DNA from: Candidatus Zixiibacteriota bacterium
Lineage (GTDB): Bacteria > Zixibacteria > MSB-5A5 > GN15 > FEB-12
Direction: 5' to 3'
Assembly: GCA_024276275.1 (NCBI GenBank)
Contig: JAJRXM010000020.1
Location: 3,231 to 67,230 of the forward strand
Length of the DNA stretch: 64,000 nt
Both the position numbers and the translations under genes were made by a program. Positions 1 to 10,391 of this stretch are shown in pieces; the first letter of the stretch is position 1, and each line of letters opens with the position of its first letter. The notes under the pieces are model-generated. The model worked only from the letters and a program-made list of their open reading frames with translations, did not search any database and was not told where the DNA came from.

Positions 1-166
1 CGATGGTTGTTATTATGGCAGACTGAAACCCAAACCTTGCCATACCTACCGCAACATTTGGAATAGGACCGCCACCTTGCATCAAAAAAGATTTCGCATC
101 GACTTTAATACCGACAGGCGGATATTTATCAACCGTAAATAACAAATCAAACGGAATAATACCCAT
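1..166 (-). CDS. PfkB-family carbohydrate kinase, N-terminal fragment (gene continues past window start)
   Basis: Reverse-strand ATG at 166-164 opens MGIIPFDLLFTVDKYPPVGIKVDAKSFLMQGGGPIPNVAVGMARFGFQSAIITTI, open to base 1. The GGGxxxNxA pattern is typical of ribokinase/PfkB N-termini. Confidence 0.6.
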   Translation of the reverse strand, partial: MGIIPFDLLFTVDKYPPVGIKVDAKSFLMQGGGPIPNVAVGMARFGFQSAIITTI

Positions 167-176
167 CCCTAAAAAG

Positions 177-794
177 TCAATTTGTTTTAATTTGTTCAAT
201 GACAGCCTTTCCACCGGAAAGTTCTACTATTTCGCTTTGTAGCTTATCTAACAGTGAATTTCTAATTTCAATAGTAATATCAATTTCATCTGAAAACTTT
301 GCTTCAACCTGTGTTGCTTCCAATTTTGTCATTGTCAGAAGTAATTTGTTGTAAAGTGGAAAAGCTATAATAACTCGCAATAGAGAAGTCTGAAAAACTT
401 TTTTAGTATCTGATTTTTCTAAAACAGCTTTTACACAATCTCCATAAGCCCGAACTAACCCACCTGTCCCCAGTTTTGTTCCGCCAAAATATCTCGTAAC
501 AATAACAAGCGTGTTTGTAAGCGAATGTCCGTTTATCACATCAAACATCGGTTTACCTGCTGTGCCGCTCGGTTCACCGTCATCTGAGTACTTGAATAAC
601 TCTTTAGTTCCTATTCCGATTTTATAACAGTAACAATTATGATTGGCGGTATATTCTTTTTTGCGTATTGTTAGTAATTGTTTGTTTATATCGTTTAAAG
701 AACAAACTTTAAAAGTTCTACCGATAAATCGTGATGCTTTGATTTTTATTTCACACTCCGCTTCATCGGCAATTGTTATATAAAAATCATCCAT
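177..794 (-). CDS. yigZ: YigZ/IMPACT-family protein (UPF0029)
   Basis: 205-aa ORF with family signatures DDGEPSGTAGKPM and TRYFGGTKLGTGGLVRAYG. Confidence 0.85.
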   Translation of the reverse strand: MDDFYITIADEAECEIKIKASRFIGRTFKVCSLNDINKQLLTIRKKEYTANHNCYCYKIGIGTKELFKYSDDGEPSGTAGKPMFDVINGHSLTNTLVIVTRYFGGTKLGTGGLVRAYGDCVKAVLEKSDTKKVFQTSLLRVIIAFPLYNKLLLTMTKLEATQVEAKFSDEIDITIEIRNSLLDKLQSEIVELSGGKAVIEQIKTN

Positions 795-799
795 ATAAA

Positions 800-1708
800 T
801 TACACCAAAGATTTTATTATATCATCCAGTTTATCTAACCCTACCATAGGTACAGCACCGCACTTAACCGCATGATTTAATGAATCGGTATCAACCAAAC
901 TGTATTTGGGGTCTATAAGTATAAATACCATTTTCCCGATTTGAGAACAACAGTCCAATAGATCATACACAAACAAATCATCTTTATAAAATTCCGTAAT
1001 TATAACAGCCTGTGAAATTCCAATCAATAATCTATTAGATGATTTCGTGTTTTCATTAGAAAATTCTCTACCTTCAGTAAACTCAGTAATCAACCCCCCC
1101 GTCTGTACAATATCAACCGCAATCGGCCGATTTTCTTCAGGGTAAATTTTTTCCAACCCCGACTCCAAAACAGCAAATGTTTTACCCTCTGATGCTTTAG
1201 CTCCCAAATGTGTTGATATGTTCACCCCGGTTTGTAAACCTGATAATACCTGAACGCCGGCTTCTACTAATTTTTTAGAAATTGTTGTTGTCAGTTCAAT
1301 ACCTTCATTTGATGCTATTTTCGTACCTACCAGAGTAACTGTATTTGCATCATCTTCAGGTATTATACCGCGATAATAAAGCAGAGAAGGAGGGTCATGA
1401 AGTTCAAATAAACTCTGCGGATATTCTTTATCAAACCTCGTAACTACCTGAATATTTTTATCTAAGAGAAGTTTATAATATGATTCTGCATCCTCTAAAT
1501 AATCAGTTGCCCTGGCAATTTGATTGGCGGCATCTGTTGTCATGCCGCTTATAGCCATAAGTGTTCCGGCATCGCTTGCCAGAATCATTTCTATAGTACT
1601 GTAATGTCTCAGCAGAGCTTCCATCATTCTAGGTTCAACCTCACCATAACGAACAAGGGCTAATACTGCTATTTTCTTTTCTCTATCTTTTATTTTTGTC
1701 ATAGACAT
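800..1708 (-). CDS. dprA: DNA-processing protein DprA/Smf
   Basis: 302-aa ORF with a DprA Rossmann-like core: VTLVGTKIAS, VLSGLQTGVNISTHLGA, FAVLESGLEKIYPEEN, GGLITEF. Confidence 0.8.
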   Translation of the reverse strand: MSMTKIKDREKKIAVLALVRYGEVEPRMMEALLRHYSTIEMILASDAGTLMAISGMTTDAANQIARATDYLEDAESYYKLLLDKNIQVVTRFDKEYPQSLFELHDPPSLLYYRGIIPEDDANTVTLVGTKIASNEGIELTTTISKKLVEAGVQVLSGLQTGVNISTHLGAKASEGKTFAVLESGLEKIYPEENRPIAVDIVQTGGLITEFTEGREFSNENTKSSNRLLIGISQAVIITEFYKDDLFVYDLLDCCSQIGKMVFILIDPKYSLVDTDSLNHAVKCGAVPMVGLDKLDDIIKSLV

Positions 1709-1751
1709 AATGTAGCAGATTAGGGATAAATGTCAACAAACCTTACTATCG

Positions 1752-2657
1752 TTATGAGCTAAATGTAACCAGTAACACCCCGGCAACAGCAAGGATTATT
1801 CCAATGATTTTTTTTTAGATTGATTTTTTCTTTTAGTATAAAGTAAGCAAAGATAAATATAAAAATTGAACTAGTCTGATTCAATGCTGCCGCAGTAGAG
1901 GCTTGCGTATATTTCATCCCACCCAACCAAAGTATCATAGCGATATACGCACCTAAAACCGAACCCAAAATAGTGCTGGTACGAATACCGTTTTCAAAAA
2001 CTGAACGGACTATTGTACGACGGTTTTTATTAAAAAGCAGAATAAAAGATAAAACTACAACTCCACTCAATAATCGAAGCTCGGTGACCCACATAAGCGG
2101 CTGACTTTCCAAAACCGGTTTAACTATCACGACTCCAAAACCGGTAAGAAACATGGCAACAACACCGTAGAATAATCCTTTAATAATTCTTTTTTTATCA
2201 GTTGTTTTGTTTTCCGATTGGTTTGTGGCGGTGAGAACAGCTGAGAGAATCAAAAAGACTCCTACTATTTGCCAGTAAGTAAGAGATTCACCTAAAAGTA
2301 GAAATGCAAATCCAATCACAAAGGGGGAGTATAAACAATCTACTATAGCTGTTAACCCGGCACCAAGATAGTTCAGGCATTTAAAAAAAATGTATCAGCT
2401 ATACCTATACCGATAACTCCGCTTACAAATATTAAAAAATAATCATTCAACGGAATATCTCTTAAATTCAGCTGATTGAGAAAGAAAAGTGTAGGTATTA
2501 AAAGAAGTACTCCGACAAGATTTTTAAACAGATTTAGACCTATAGGATGTACTGTCTCACCACTTTTTTTAAAAAGGATTACAGCAACCGCCCATATAAT
2601 TGCGGTGCTGACAGCCATTATTTCCCCGATAAACGGAATCTGTTCTATCTGTAACAT
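1752..2657 (-). pseudogene. EamA/DMT-family transporter, frame broken twice in homopolymer runs (pseudogene or assembly error)
   Basis: ORFs 2373-2657 and 1759-2319 are two pieces of one 10-TM EamA-type protein. Adding one base to the A8 run at 2383-2390 gives ...ADTFFFKCLNYLGAGLTAIVDCLYSPFVIGFAF.... Removing one base from the T9 run at 1808-1816 replaces the odd tail KKNHWNNPCCCRGVTGYI with LKKIIGIILAVAGVLLVTFSS, ending at TAA 1754-1752. Confidence 0.8.
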
Positions 2658-2830
2658 AAATTTTCTTTCATTAAACAGTCAATCTATCAATTCTTAATTC
2701 TAAATCAAGCAGAGAACTATAAAAAATAAGCTTAACGGCTATTTAAGATATTCTTATTTTCAATTTTTGCAATTGACCTCAGTTCATTTTGCACTATATT
2801 TTATTCTTAATATATTACAAGAAGGATTGT

Positions 2831-3667
2831 ATGAAAAAAGTTATATTCTTATTTACACTTCTATTAGTCGGCTGTACTCAAGAACCACAAACCCTCGATG
2901 AATTGCGAACAGCCGGTGAAAAAGCTTTTTTAAATGCAGATTATAAAGCTGCCCAACTTTACCTACAAAAAGCTTTACTAATCAAAGCATCAGATAGGGA
3001 TGCTCTCTATTATCTCGGTCAAACATTTCAAAAGTTACAGCTTGATGATTCAGCCGTTTATTATTTTAAACGTGCCGACATATTATATCCAAATGACAGA
3101 GAACTGAACAAAGCTATTTACAAATCAGCAGCAATGATAGGTGATAATGAAAACAAAATTAAAGCAATAAATGTGCTGGTCAAAACCGGCGATTCACCTG
3201 ATCGGTATTATTTTGAATTAGCCAACCTGAATTTAAAAACTGGAAATATAATAGTGAGTTTCCATCTGTTGAGAAAAATATGGGAAGATGGAACCGATGA
3301 TCAAAATATCTACTTAGCACTAGGTAATGTAGCAGCCCAAGTTGATTCTGTAGATTTTGCAGTCAAAATAACCAAAGAGGCTATCGAGCGATTTGGTGAA
3401 AAAGAGCAGTTTGTTACAAATTTGGCGATATATCTTGCTGGGGCAGGTAAATTAGCTGAAGCAGAAAAAGTTATTAAAAATCAATTACGAAAAAATCCTA
3501 AGTCACAAAATATTCAAATTACTTTAGCTAATATCTTAACGCTTTATGACTCTAAAGCTAAAAAGCACGAAGGACTTAAAATATATCAAGACCTTCGTAT
3601 AGAATACGGTAATATCATGAGTCTTGATTCTCTAATTTTTAACTTAGTTCAGGAGTTAGGGATATAA
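2831..3667 (+). CDS. TPR-repeat lipoprotein
   Basis: ATG at 2831 gives MKKVIFLFTLLLVGC (lipobox). The rest is helical-repeat sequence with TPR-like A/Y/L spacing (AQLYLQKAL, ALYYLGQTF, AVYYFKRA). Confidence 0.6.
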   Translation: MKKVIFLFTLLLVGCTQEPQTLDELRTAGEKAFLNADYKAAQLYLQKALLIKASDRDALYYLGQTFQKLQLDDSAVYYFKRADILYPNDRELNKAIYKSAAMIGDNENKIKAINVLVKTGDSPDRYYFELANLNLKTGNIIVSFHLLRKIWEDGTDDQNIYLALGNVAAQVDSVDFAVKITKEAIERFGEKEQFVTNLAIYLAGAGKLAEAEKVIKNQLRKNPKSQNIQITLANILTLYDSKAKKHEGLKIYQDLRIEYGNIMSLDSLIFNLVQELGI

Positions 3668-3737
3668 AAGAGGGGCAGGATTTTAACATCCTGCCCAACG
3701 CAGGGCTGTCTCGGAAAGAGACAGAGGGGGGTTTACT

Positions 3738-3763
3738 GTAGGTTCTATATATTTAACATAGAA
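3738..3763 (+). repeat. REP-like element (GTAGG followed by a hairpin)
   Basis: GTAGG at 3738-3742, then ttctat...atagaa, a 6-bp stem, in a convergent intergenic region. Confidence 0.3.
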
Positions 3764-3817
3764 AGACTATGTTTTGTTCAAATAAATTTACAAGAAATTT
3801 GAATCGCAATCTATACG

Positions 3818-3852
3818 AAAAACCCCGATAGAATTCTATCGGGATTTTCTGT
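3818..3852. terminator. Bidirectional intrinsic terminator between convergent genes
   Basis: Perfect 20-nt palindrome cccgatagaattctatcggg (3824-3843), flanked by an A-run upstream and attttct downstream. Confidence 0.5.
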
Positions 3853-3872
3853 TCTATTAACCGGTCGTCTGA

Positions 3873-5039
3873 TTACATACCGTTGCCCATTCCGTCATTC
3901 ATGGAATCTTCAGAATTATCATTACCACCGTCTCGGCAACGGAGTTTCCATCGACCCTGCATAAATCCATTGTCCATATCAGATGATGAACTGTATCTGC
4001 CTTTTAATACTCCGATAGGCATGCGTTCAGAGTTGACTATTCTCGCTACAACAAATCCTTTTGTCATAGTACTGTCACTATTATTACCCCAACGTTCATG
4101 ATACGTACCTTTTATAAATCCTTCAAACTGACCACTTCTACTTATATATTTTCCAAAAAGTACATTTCGACCTTCGTCATTTACGCCAAAATGACCTTTA
4201 ATATAACCGGAAATATAACCATCTTCGGTAATCCACATTCCGCTGAAACGTCCTCTGCCTTCATCATCATATCCCCAGAATCCGTTAAAGAAACCGGCAG
4301 GACAATCACGCTTGTCTGACTTTAAAGCATGAAATGCTACTGCGTTTGAATCGGCTACATATACAATAGTATCCAATGATGCCAATTCTTCTAAATTGAA
4401 TGTTCTGGTATATGGTCCTGTTGTAAATGTTACTTCAACCGGATCAGCTACTGGTGGCAATGTATCAATTACAAGAACTTGAATAGAATCACCGTTCATA
4501 TCGGTTTCCCATATATAGGAACTGTCGAAAACCGGAGGAAGAGGTGGTACTATCAAATCAACTGCGATTCCGTCATTATGAACCGATGTAAATGATACCC
4601 ATTCAATCAATTTACGATTTGTGCGAGGTATAATGTAATCCTGATTTAATTCCCAATGAATCAATCTTCTAATTACTTCACCGCCCCGACTAATTTCTAA
4701 AGAACCTGTCCAATCTGTATTTGTGGTAACTGTAGAGTCATAACGAAGTTTCCCCCAGGCAATTCTTAAGTGATATCTTCCTGCTTCAGGATGACTGTTT
4801 AAAGAATCAAATCCAGGTGAACTTAAAATTGGATCACCATAATCGGTATCATCATTTGACTCGGTAATAAGTTGTGGGTCTTCAAAAGCAAAAGCTTCTG
4901 ATGTTGCTGAATATCCACCGAATTCTGAGCTTAAATCAAGCTCGCCTGCATTTTGAGTAGTATCAGCCGGGTTGTTGGAACAACCGACAAATGCCATTAA
5001 AAGCACTAAGCTGAGCAGAGTTATTGTTTTTCTAATCAT
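3873..5039 (-). CDS. Secreted lipoprotein of unknown function with Gly/aromatic repeats
   Basis: ATG at 5039 is preceded by GGAGG (5049-5045). It gives MIRKTITLLSLVLLMAFVGC (lipobox). The C-terminal third repeats G-[FY]-x-x-G-x-[WFI] units (GFFNGFWG, GRFSGMWI, GYISGYIKG, GQFEGFIKG, GFMQGRWK). Confidence 0.6.
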   Translation of the reverse strand: MIRKTITLLSLVLLMAFVGCSNNPADTTQNAGELDLSSEFGGYSATSEAFAFEDPQLITESNDDTDYGDPILSSPGFDSLNSHPEAGRYHLRIAWGKLRYDSTVTTNTDWTGSLEISRGGEVIRRLIHWELNQDYIIPRTNRKLIEWVSFTSVHNDGIAVDLIVPPLPPVFDSSYIWETDMNGDSIQVLVIDTLPPVADPVEVTFTTGPYTRTFNLEELASLDTIVYVADSNAVAFHALKSDKRDCPAGFFNGFWGYDDEGRGRFSGMWITEDGYISGYIKGHFGVNDEGRNVLFGKYISRSGQFEGFIKGTYHERWGNNSDSTMTKGFVVARIVNSERMPIGVLKGRYSSSSDMDNGFMQGRWKLRCRDGGNDNSEDSMNDGMGNGM

Positions 5040-5295
5040 CAAATCCTCCAAGAATTTGTTTTGAGCCGGCTAAGTTATTGTTATAATTTCTTTTACTGAT
5101 TTCCTATTTCTTTAGTTACGGCTTTAAGACAAACCTATAATAAAAAAGATTAATAAAATTTGACTTTTTACCTAATTAGTTCTGGGAATAGATAAATGCC
5201 TACATATCTTTGGAAGAAAAAAAGGGTGAATATGCTGTGTTGTCTGTTTTAATGCTTTAAGCAATGAAAATTCTAAGCCGGGTGCCTGTTGCTAA

Positions 5296-5323
5296 ACAAA
5301 AAGGGGGAGTGTTGTACTCCCCC
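5296..5323 (-). terminator. Intrinsic terminator of the haem-binding protein gene
   Basis: Minus strand: stem gggggagt/actccccc (5323-5303) followed by TTTTT (complement of 5298-5302), 8 nt after the stop at 5331. Confidence 0.6.
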
Positions 5324-5330
5324 TAAATTT

Positions 5331-5897
5331 TTATTCGGTATCTTCTTTTTCGTCATGTAGTGATTTTTCGGTATTATACGGAATCGAATAACGGTCGCAA
5401 AAAGCTTTTAATGTCGCTTCACTTTTTTCAATCCATTGAAACAATGAATCCTGTTGCTCCCCCTCAATAAGACGACCCCAATGCATAATACGGTAACTCA
5501 ATAAAGGCATCTCACCTTCTTCAACCTCCTCTTTCATTTCATGTAGAATCTCTAAAAGTGATTCTTTGGTTTTAAAAGGAAAGCCGTTAGTAAAATCAAG
5601 ATGTTCTAGACCTTCATCTATATGAGATTTTATAAAAGAACTTACTCCCGGTATATTAAAATACCACGGTTCTTTTGTTTGGGTTGAATGACAATCATAA
5701 CAGGAATACTCAAGCATCGGCTTTATCTTTTGAAATCCTTTATTGATGATAGCATAAAGAGAATCCTGTTCAGCTTTCATTTTATTGATTTCAGCTTCAG
5801 GAGTTACATCTTTTGGTACTGCTGAGTAACTAATTTGTGTATTTATAATTATACAAATTATAAAAGTAGCAATAACAATTCTTTTGATTGAAAACAT
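5331..5897 (-). CDS. Haem-binding-domain protein (single CxxCH), secreted
   Basis: Signal peptide present. CYDCHSTQTKEPWYFNIPGVSSFIKSHIDEGLEHLDF matches my memory of the bacterial Haem_bd domain (CxxCH followed by PWY...P). Confidence 0.6.
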   Translation of the reverse strand: MFSIKRIVIATFIICIIINTQISYSAVPKDVTPEAEINKMKAEQDSLYAIINKGFQKIKPMLEYSCYDCHSTQTKEPWYFNIPGVSSFIKSHIDEGLEHLDFTNGFPFKTKESLLEILHEMKEEVEEGEMPLLSYRIMHWGRLIEGEQQDSLFQWIEKSEATLKAFCDRYSIPYNTEKSLHDEKEDTE

Positions 5898-6827
5898 TTA
5901 CATATCTCCTTCTTTAATTTTTGAAATAAATCCATTTGCTTTATCTATCATAGTTTTTGACTTTTCTATAGTACAATTAAATTTTTTCATAACAAGAGCA
6001 ATTTTAACAGACCCGTTTGCCGAAAGTAAAAGCTTGTCAGCCTCTTCAAATGTTATATCTAATAGATCTATCAATGTTTTTCTAGAACGAGCAGATAGTT
6101 TTTTTGAGGTTGCCTGTAAATCAACCATCCGATTTCCATACGTTTTCCCGAGCAAAACCATTGCAGTAGTCGAAATCATATTTAACACCAACTTTTGAGC
6201 CGTACCTGATTTCATCCTTGTAGACCCGGTAATAACTTCAGGACCGACCGGCAGTTCGATAAGAAAATCTACAAACGACCGATTATCGTTTAAATCCCAT
6301 TTGTTGCAAATTACAAAAGCTGTCGTACATTTTATCGAATGTGCATACGATAGACCGCTTAATGTGTAAGGTGTCCTTCGTGAGGCAGCAATCCCGATTA
6401 CCATGTCATTATTATGTAATTTATGTTTTTGCAAATCATCAATTGCCGCTTTTGTGTTATCTTCAACACCTTCTTTGGAAAGAACAAGTGTTTCATATCC
6501 ACCGGCAATGACACCGATTATTTGGTCTCGCTCAGAGCCAAAAGTAGGAGGACATTCAGCAGCATCTAAAACACCCAGTCTTCCTGATGTTCCCGCTCCG
6601 ATATAAAAAATTCGTCCGTTATTTCGAATAGTTTTGGCAAATTGTTCTGCCGTTTTAGCGATAACGTCAATTTGTGATTTAACTACATCGGCAACAGTTT
6701 TATCTTCATTGTTGATTATTTGAAGAATTTCAGATGCCGACTTTTTATCTATATCTAATGATTTGCTGTTTACTTGTTCAGTTGCAAGCGTATCCAGAGT
6801 TTTTATGATTTCTTGAAATTCATTCAT
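5898..6827 (-). CDS. murQ: N-acetylmuramic acid 6-phosphate etherase
   Basis: SIS-domain motifs GRIFYIGAGTSGRLGVLDAAECPPTFG and GSTRMKSGTAQKLVLNMISTTAMVLLGKTYGNRMVDL. Confidence 0.9.
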   Translation of the reverse strand: MNEFQEIIKTLDTLATEQVNSKSLDIDKKSASEILQIINNEDKTVADVVKSQIDVIAKTAEQFAKTIRNNGRIFYIGAGTSGRLGVLDAAECPPTFGSERDQIIGVIAGGYETLVLSKEGVEDNTKAAIDDLQKHKLHNNDMVIGIAASRRTPYTLSGLSYAHSIKCTTAFVICNKWDLNDNRSFVDFLIELPVGPEVITGSTRMKSGTAQKLVLNMISTTAMVLLGKTYGNRMVDLQATSKKLSARSRKTLIDLLDITFEEADKLLLSANGSVKIALVMKKFNCTIEKSKTMIDKANGFISKIKEGDM

Positions 6828-6869
6828 ACATAATGTATAGGGAGAAAAATATGATAGAGCAATTAAAAC

Positions 6870-7685
6870 TTAGTTCGTACCTGCGACTATTTGAACAACT
6901 GTTTTACGGGAGACAAAAATAGAGCCAAAATGACCGGTAAATTTTGTTTGATTTATATTGTCCGGTAATTCTGAGGGTAGAGGTGCCGGAAGTATACTTG
7001 AGGACAATACCGAATCGGGAGCACCTGTATAACCATACACATAGATATCATACCAACCGGTATCAAGTGTTTGTGTAGGATTAGCCCTGAAAGCATCGGT
7101 CGGTATAAAAGTCGATGTACCGGCTTCAGTTACATAAGCAGAAAAACCTTTACCTGTATAAGCATTCTGAGTCAATACAACAGCAACAATATACCCGTCG
7201 ACTCCTAAAACCGGAGTCCATTCTACAAATATAGGACTGTTTGTATGCGGAATAGTAGAATCAGGTGCGTTTAATATCCAAAGAGAATCAATGACTTGAG
7301 ATGAGGTAGTATCTGAAAAGATTGTCGAATCAACTATATTGATTACATATTTTCCGCTAGCCAAATAGGGTGTCGGAGAATTTGCAAAAGTATATACAGA
7401 ATCAGTAACATTATATTCGGTACCATATATCAAAGCCGATGAGCCGAAAAAGAGTTGAGCAGAATTCAAGTTTAATGTATTTCTGGTCATCGTAGCAGCA
7501 AAATAGTTATAGTCCTGCTTTTGAGCAGAAAGATTTAAATCCTGCACAAAACAACCTTTGAGTGTATAAGCGTAACCTGAACCGGGAGGGTTAGTTATGT
7601 CGGAATTACCGTTACAGCCACTTAAAATAGCTGTTAGGGCTATCAGTAAACTAAGACTAATTAATTTGTATTTATTCATATTCAT
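6870..7685 (-). CDS. Lipoprotein of unknown function
   Basis: MNMNKYKLISLSLLIALTAILSGC lipobox. No recognisable domain. Confidence 0.55.
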   Translation of the reverse strand: MNMNKYKLISLSLLIALTAILSGCNGNSDITNPPGSGYAYTLKGCFVQDLNLSAQKQDYNYFAATMTRNTLNLNSAQLFFGSSALIYGTEYNVTDSVYTFANSPTPYLASGKYVINIVDSTIFSDTTSSQVIDSLWILNAPDSTIPHTNSPIFVEWTPVLGVDGYIVAVVLTQNAYTGKGFSAYVTEAGTSTFIPTDAFRANPTQTLDTGWYDIYVYGYTGAPDSVLSSSILPAPLPSELPDNINQTKFTGHFGSIFVSRKTVVQIVAGTN

Positions 7686-8010
7686 ATTTCTTTATATCGA
7701 CAATTTCAGGCTATTATTAAACTAAAAAATATAAAAAAGTTCCGACCTGTAGTATTACTTAAACAGGGCAATGTCCTGTCGGTATAACTATCCACTTCTA
7801 TCAAAGAGTTACTCTTATTCTATAGAACAACTTTTTAGCTGTAATCTTAATAATGAGTATAAGTTACGACAAAATGGGTTTGTTTCATACAAATTTAGTA
7901 TTTTTATTTTTCTGTCTTATTGTAAAAAAGAACATCATCTCATTGAACAGGGGGAAGCATGAATCAACCAAATTTATATAGATAATTTGAAGCAATTATA
8001 AACTATAATA

Positions 8011-8038
8011 AAGCAGAATTGTTTTCACAATTCCGCTT
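8011..8038 (-). terminator. Probable terminator at the end of the MMPL cluster
   Basis: Imperfect hairpin aagcagaattg/caattccgctt, 24 nt past the stop of the 64-aa gene. T-rich tracts on both strands. Confidence 0.4.
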
Positions 8039-8061
8039 TATTATTAAGGGGGAGAATTTTA

Positions 8062-8256
8062 TTACTTATTCGAGTAGAATAATTTTTTAAATATAATCTC
8101 AGCCGGACAAAACTTAGTTATTGATGATTGAAAAAGATTTAATCCGACAAATGCTGTCAAATAAAGCCAGTATCCATTTGGATATAAATAATTAAAAGTA
8201 AGCGAGATGAGTATCATTGTACCTGCAAGAAACCTGATTGAATTTTCTAAGCTCAT
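8062..8256 (-). CDS. DUF2892 (YgaP-like) small membrane protein
   Basis: 64 aa with two TM helices. RFLAGTMILISL ... FVGLNLFQSSITKFCPAE matches the family as I remember it. Confidence 0.6.
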   Translation of the reverse strand: MSLENSIRFLAGTMILISLTFNYLYPNGYWLYLTAFVGLNLFQSSITKFCPAEIIFKKLFYSNK

Positions 8257-8271
8257 GATATAGTCCTTCTA

Positions 8272-9543
8272 TTAAAAATTATAAGTCATTTTTGTATATA
8301 TGTTATCATTAAGGTCTAATGAACCAAATTCAGTATTGGCATATTTACCGTCAAAAACATTTGCACCAATAGTAAGTTTGATCTCATCAGAGTATTTGTA
8401 TTCGGTTGAGAATCTAAAATAGAAATCTTTTTCATCAGGAGAGTAAAATATAAAAGCCGAAACCGTCACAGTTTCATCACTCATCATTTTTGTCCATCGA
8501 CTTGTGACAAGATGTTTTATCTCATCACGGTAATGTGTTGCTCCCATAGATTCTTGTTCGGCAACAAAATAATTATAATCAAACATTTTATCAGCCTGCC
8601 ATTGTAGATTGACAGTGAAACCGGTAGCAACCTGTCGTTCAAAGCCGACCATACCGCTTACAGAAGAGTTAGGCATAAGTGGGTTGTCACCATCGGGGTC
8701 ATCTTTTGAGTTATAATAACCTCCTTCAAGCCAAAAAATTCCACCGAATTTTGCTCCTCTAATTGATGCACCATGGATTTCCATCCGAGGGTAAACAGGC
8801 ATTAATCCATTGGTTGCTACTTCAAGCCCTATTGGGTTCTTATAAAAACCTTTGTAAAAATAAAATGCTAAGGAATACATTCCTACCTGACGTTGAAATC
8901 TTGCCGCAAATTCAGAATTTTTAAATGTTTTTTCAGGCTCATCAGCATTAAAATAGAATTCTTCACCCATGCCGGTGGCAACAATTCCATACGAAGGATG
9001 ATAGTAGCTTAACTTCTCACCTGTTGGGAGACGGTTAGATTCAAATGTCGGTGAAAAAACAAACGAAAAAGAACCGAGGGAATTATAGTATTCCATTCGA
9101 ACTGCATTTTGTGGTGCTTTCAAGTATTGGTCATCACGTCCTAAGAAAAACGAACGGTAATCTTTGGCAAAGACATCATTGATAAAAATTAAATCACCGG
9201 TTCCCCAAGTAAGAATCTGCCGTCCGACTTTAAAATCTAGTTTACTTCCTAAACGAAATTTCAGATATGCTTCTCGAATTTCCCAATCATATTGTTTTTG
9301 TTCTTCAGCAAGACCGTCATAGACAAAATCTATGCGAGAGACAAACTCACCTTGGTCTCCGACAGACTCCATGCGCATCTGTAGCCTTGTTTCAGAAACC
9401 GACTGGTCAGACTTTGTCGGGTTATCTTTGTTCAGTTGTCCGCCGAAAAGTCCCTGTACATACCCGTCGGTATATAGTTCCGCATTTATCTGCGGAACTA
9501 TTATGAATAAAAATATTGCTGTTAAATATATTATTTTTTTCAT
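8272..9543 (-). CDS. Outer-membrane beta-barrel protein (porin-like), partner of the LolA-like/MMPL genes
   Basis: Signal peptide MKKIIYLTAIFLFIIVPQINA, alternating-hydrophobic beta-strand pattern throughout, C-terminal ...MTYNF (terminal Phe). Confidence 0.55.
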   Translation of the reverse strand: MKKIIYLTAIFLFIIVPQINAELYTDGYVQGLFGGQLNKDNPTKSDQSVSETRLQMRMESVGDQGEFVSRIDFVYDGLAEEQKQYDWEIREAYLKFRLGSKLDFKVGRQILTWGTGDLIFINDVFAKDYRSFFLGRDDQYLKAPQNAVRMEYYNSLGSFSFVFSPTFESNRLPTGEKLSYYHPSYGIVATGMGEEFYFNADEPEKTFKNSEFAARFQRQVGMYSLAFYFYKGFYKNPIGLEVATNGLMPVYPRMEIHGASIRGAKFGGIFWLEGGYYNSKDDPDGDNPLMPNSSVSGMVGFERQVATGFTVNLQWQADKMFDYNYFVAEQESMGATHYRDEIKHLVTSRWTKMMSDETVTVSAFIFYSPDEKDFYFRFSTEYKYSDEIKLTIGANVFDGKYANTEFGSLDLNDNIYTKMTYNF

Positions 9544-9557
9544 TTTATTAGTCTCAC

Positions 9558-10271
9558 TTACTTCTTAATATATTTCCTTGGAGGATTTTTTAAATAGCGT
9601 TCAGTGAAAATATCTTCTTTAATGCCTACGTTATAACTGATTTTGTTAAACGAAACAGTTGTATGTCCGCCTTTTTTTATGTTGTTCATTGTGCGAACCG
9701 TTATAGTAGGAATTCCGTCTATAACTTCAATTTTGTCAGCAGAAAATTCTTTCACAAGTTTATCTTTTTTGTTAAAGTATTCTTCTTTTAACGGAAGCAT
9801 CGATTCTTTGTCAATGTAAGAGACTTTGCGGGAGAATCCTTTGTATTTTTTCTTAGGAACAGATTCAATCACGTAAACAGCTTTACCGTCTAAAGTTTCC
9901 TCACCTTTTAATGAGTGGGTATCTTCGGTCCAATGACGACCGGAGACATCTTCATACGAAAAATCAGAGCCGACAAAACTTGAATTTTTGTCATCTGCTG
10001 AAATAGGTTTGATTAAATCAATGGATGGAATATAAATCCAGCGTTGATCGTTTCCCTCAGAAGTTTTATGCACCATAAAAGTAATGCGTGAAACATCGGA
10101 TGGTTTTTTGAAATAGGTGTAATATTTTTGATTACCGCCTTCTTCAATGTCCAAACGAATCATGATAAACTCACGAATCCGCTCTTTACCTTTTTTGGAT
10201 ACGATAGTCATCTTGACATCGGAAAGACCGTCATCACCTGAATAAAAATATGCCAAGTGCGATTCTTTCAT
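9558..10271 (-). CDS. LolA-like outer-membrane lipoprotein-sorting family protein (N-terminus cut off by an in-frame TAA)
   Basis: The 237-aa ORF resembles the LolA-like family usually found next to MMPL/RND exporters. The same frame continues upstream to ATG 10361 and encodes a signal peptide, MKKLTTLFLTFLLIFSLSGSRT, interrupted only by TAA at 10295-10293. Confidence 0.6.
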   Translation of the reverse strand: MKESHLAYFYSGDDGLSDVKMTIVSKKGKERIREFIMIRLDIEEGGNQKYYTYFKKPSDVSRITFMVHKTSEGNDQRWIYIPSIDLIKPISADDKNSSFVGSDFSYEDVSGRHWTEDTHSLKGEETLDGKAVYVIESVPKKKYKGFSRKVSYIDKESMLPLKEEYFNKKDKLVKEFSADKIEVIDGIPTITVRTMNNIKKGGHTTVSFNKISYNVGIKEDIFTERYLKNPPRKYIKK

Positions 10272-10391
10272 TATTTGGTTAGCATCCTGTGCTTAAGTTC
10301 TGCTGCCGGAAAGAGAAAAGATTAGCAGGAACGTTAAAAATAATGTTGTTAGTTTTTTCATTTTAAATCCTTTATTATTATTTGTTATTTT

